IMG/VR virus record: IMGVR_UViG_3300030110_003038
Location: 1 to 59,633 of that record
DNA length: 59,633 nt
Direction: 5' to 3' (one strand)
DNA from: a virus
Lineage: Duplodnaviria > Caudoviricetes
In this document: positions 59,448-59,633 of the stretch, piece by piece
Layout: each line of letters starts with the position of its first letter
Numbering within the stretch: the stretch's first letter is position 1
Program-made: the position numbers and the translations under genes
Notes under the pieces: generated by a model
What the model saw: the letters and a program-made list of their open reading frames with translations, nothing else
What the model was told of the DNA's origin: nothing
The model's database searches: none

Positions 59448-59633
59448 ATGAATAATATCACTTCAAAAAGATTTGTAGTAAGAAAAAGTCTTCTTAATAC
59501 AAACACAGAAATCACTTTCACAACTAAAAAAGGTAAAACTATAAAGTACAATCATGATATAGTTTTCAATATAATGAAAGACACTCTTACTAAATTACCA
59601 TGTTGGTTAAAGTATAAGAGTTACACTGCAAGT
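59448..59633 (+). CDS. Hypothetical phage protein, truncated at window end
   Basis: MNNITSKRFVVRKSLLNTNTEITFTTKKGKTIKYNHD...; AATTAAATTAAATACAACT leader. Confidence 0.75.
   Translation, partial: MNNITSKRFVVRKSLLNTNTEITFTTKKGKTIKYNHDIVFNIMKDTLTKLPCWLKYKSYTAS

Noticed and set aside
1-59633. tRNA genes, integrase, alternative genetic code
   Set aside because: No cloverleaf or recombinase motifs seen; long ORFs are intact in the standard code and TAA, TAG and TGA are all used as stops.

Overview
AT-rich tailed-phage sequence, most likely a podovirus of a Bacteroidota (Flavobacteriia-like) host. Evidence: Bacteroidota TAnnTTTG promoter boxes, A-rich leaders without Shine-Dalgarno sites, and a crAss/Cellulophaga-podovirus-like terminase-portal-scaffold-capsid block. 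Layout: a truncated phage GroEL (1-1403, -); a divergent non-coding switch region (~1930-2478); a + strand early/replication module (small ORFs, two C5 DNA methyltransferases, DnaA-C-like HTH, Rad52-like annealase, PD-(D/E)xK exonuclease, SSB, primase-helicase, SF2 helicase, VRR-NUC); a - strand morphogenesis module (15841-58887); then a second divergent switch region and a truncated + ORF. Best observations: (1) two textbook type I hammerhead ribozymes (3277-3331, 4545-4607), each fused to a stop codon, bracketing a three-gene cassette that would be excised as a ~1.28 kb RNA with ligatable ends; (2) a ~7 kb early segment in which every CG found lies in a TCG/CGA context, alongside a probably multispecific C5 methyltransferase; (3) a duplicated origin-like TGTC/GACA architecture; (4) a split tail-nozzle gene with Cys-rich repeat modules; (5) a possible chimeric or mosaic right end. 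All calls are from manual reading; no searches or folding were run.
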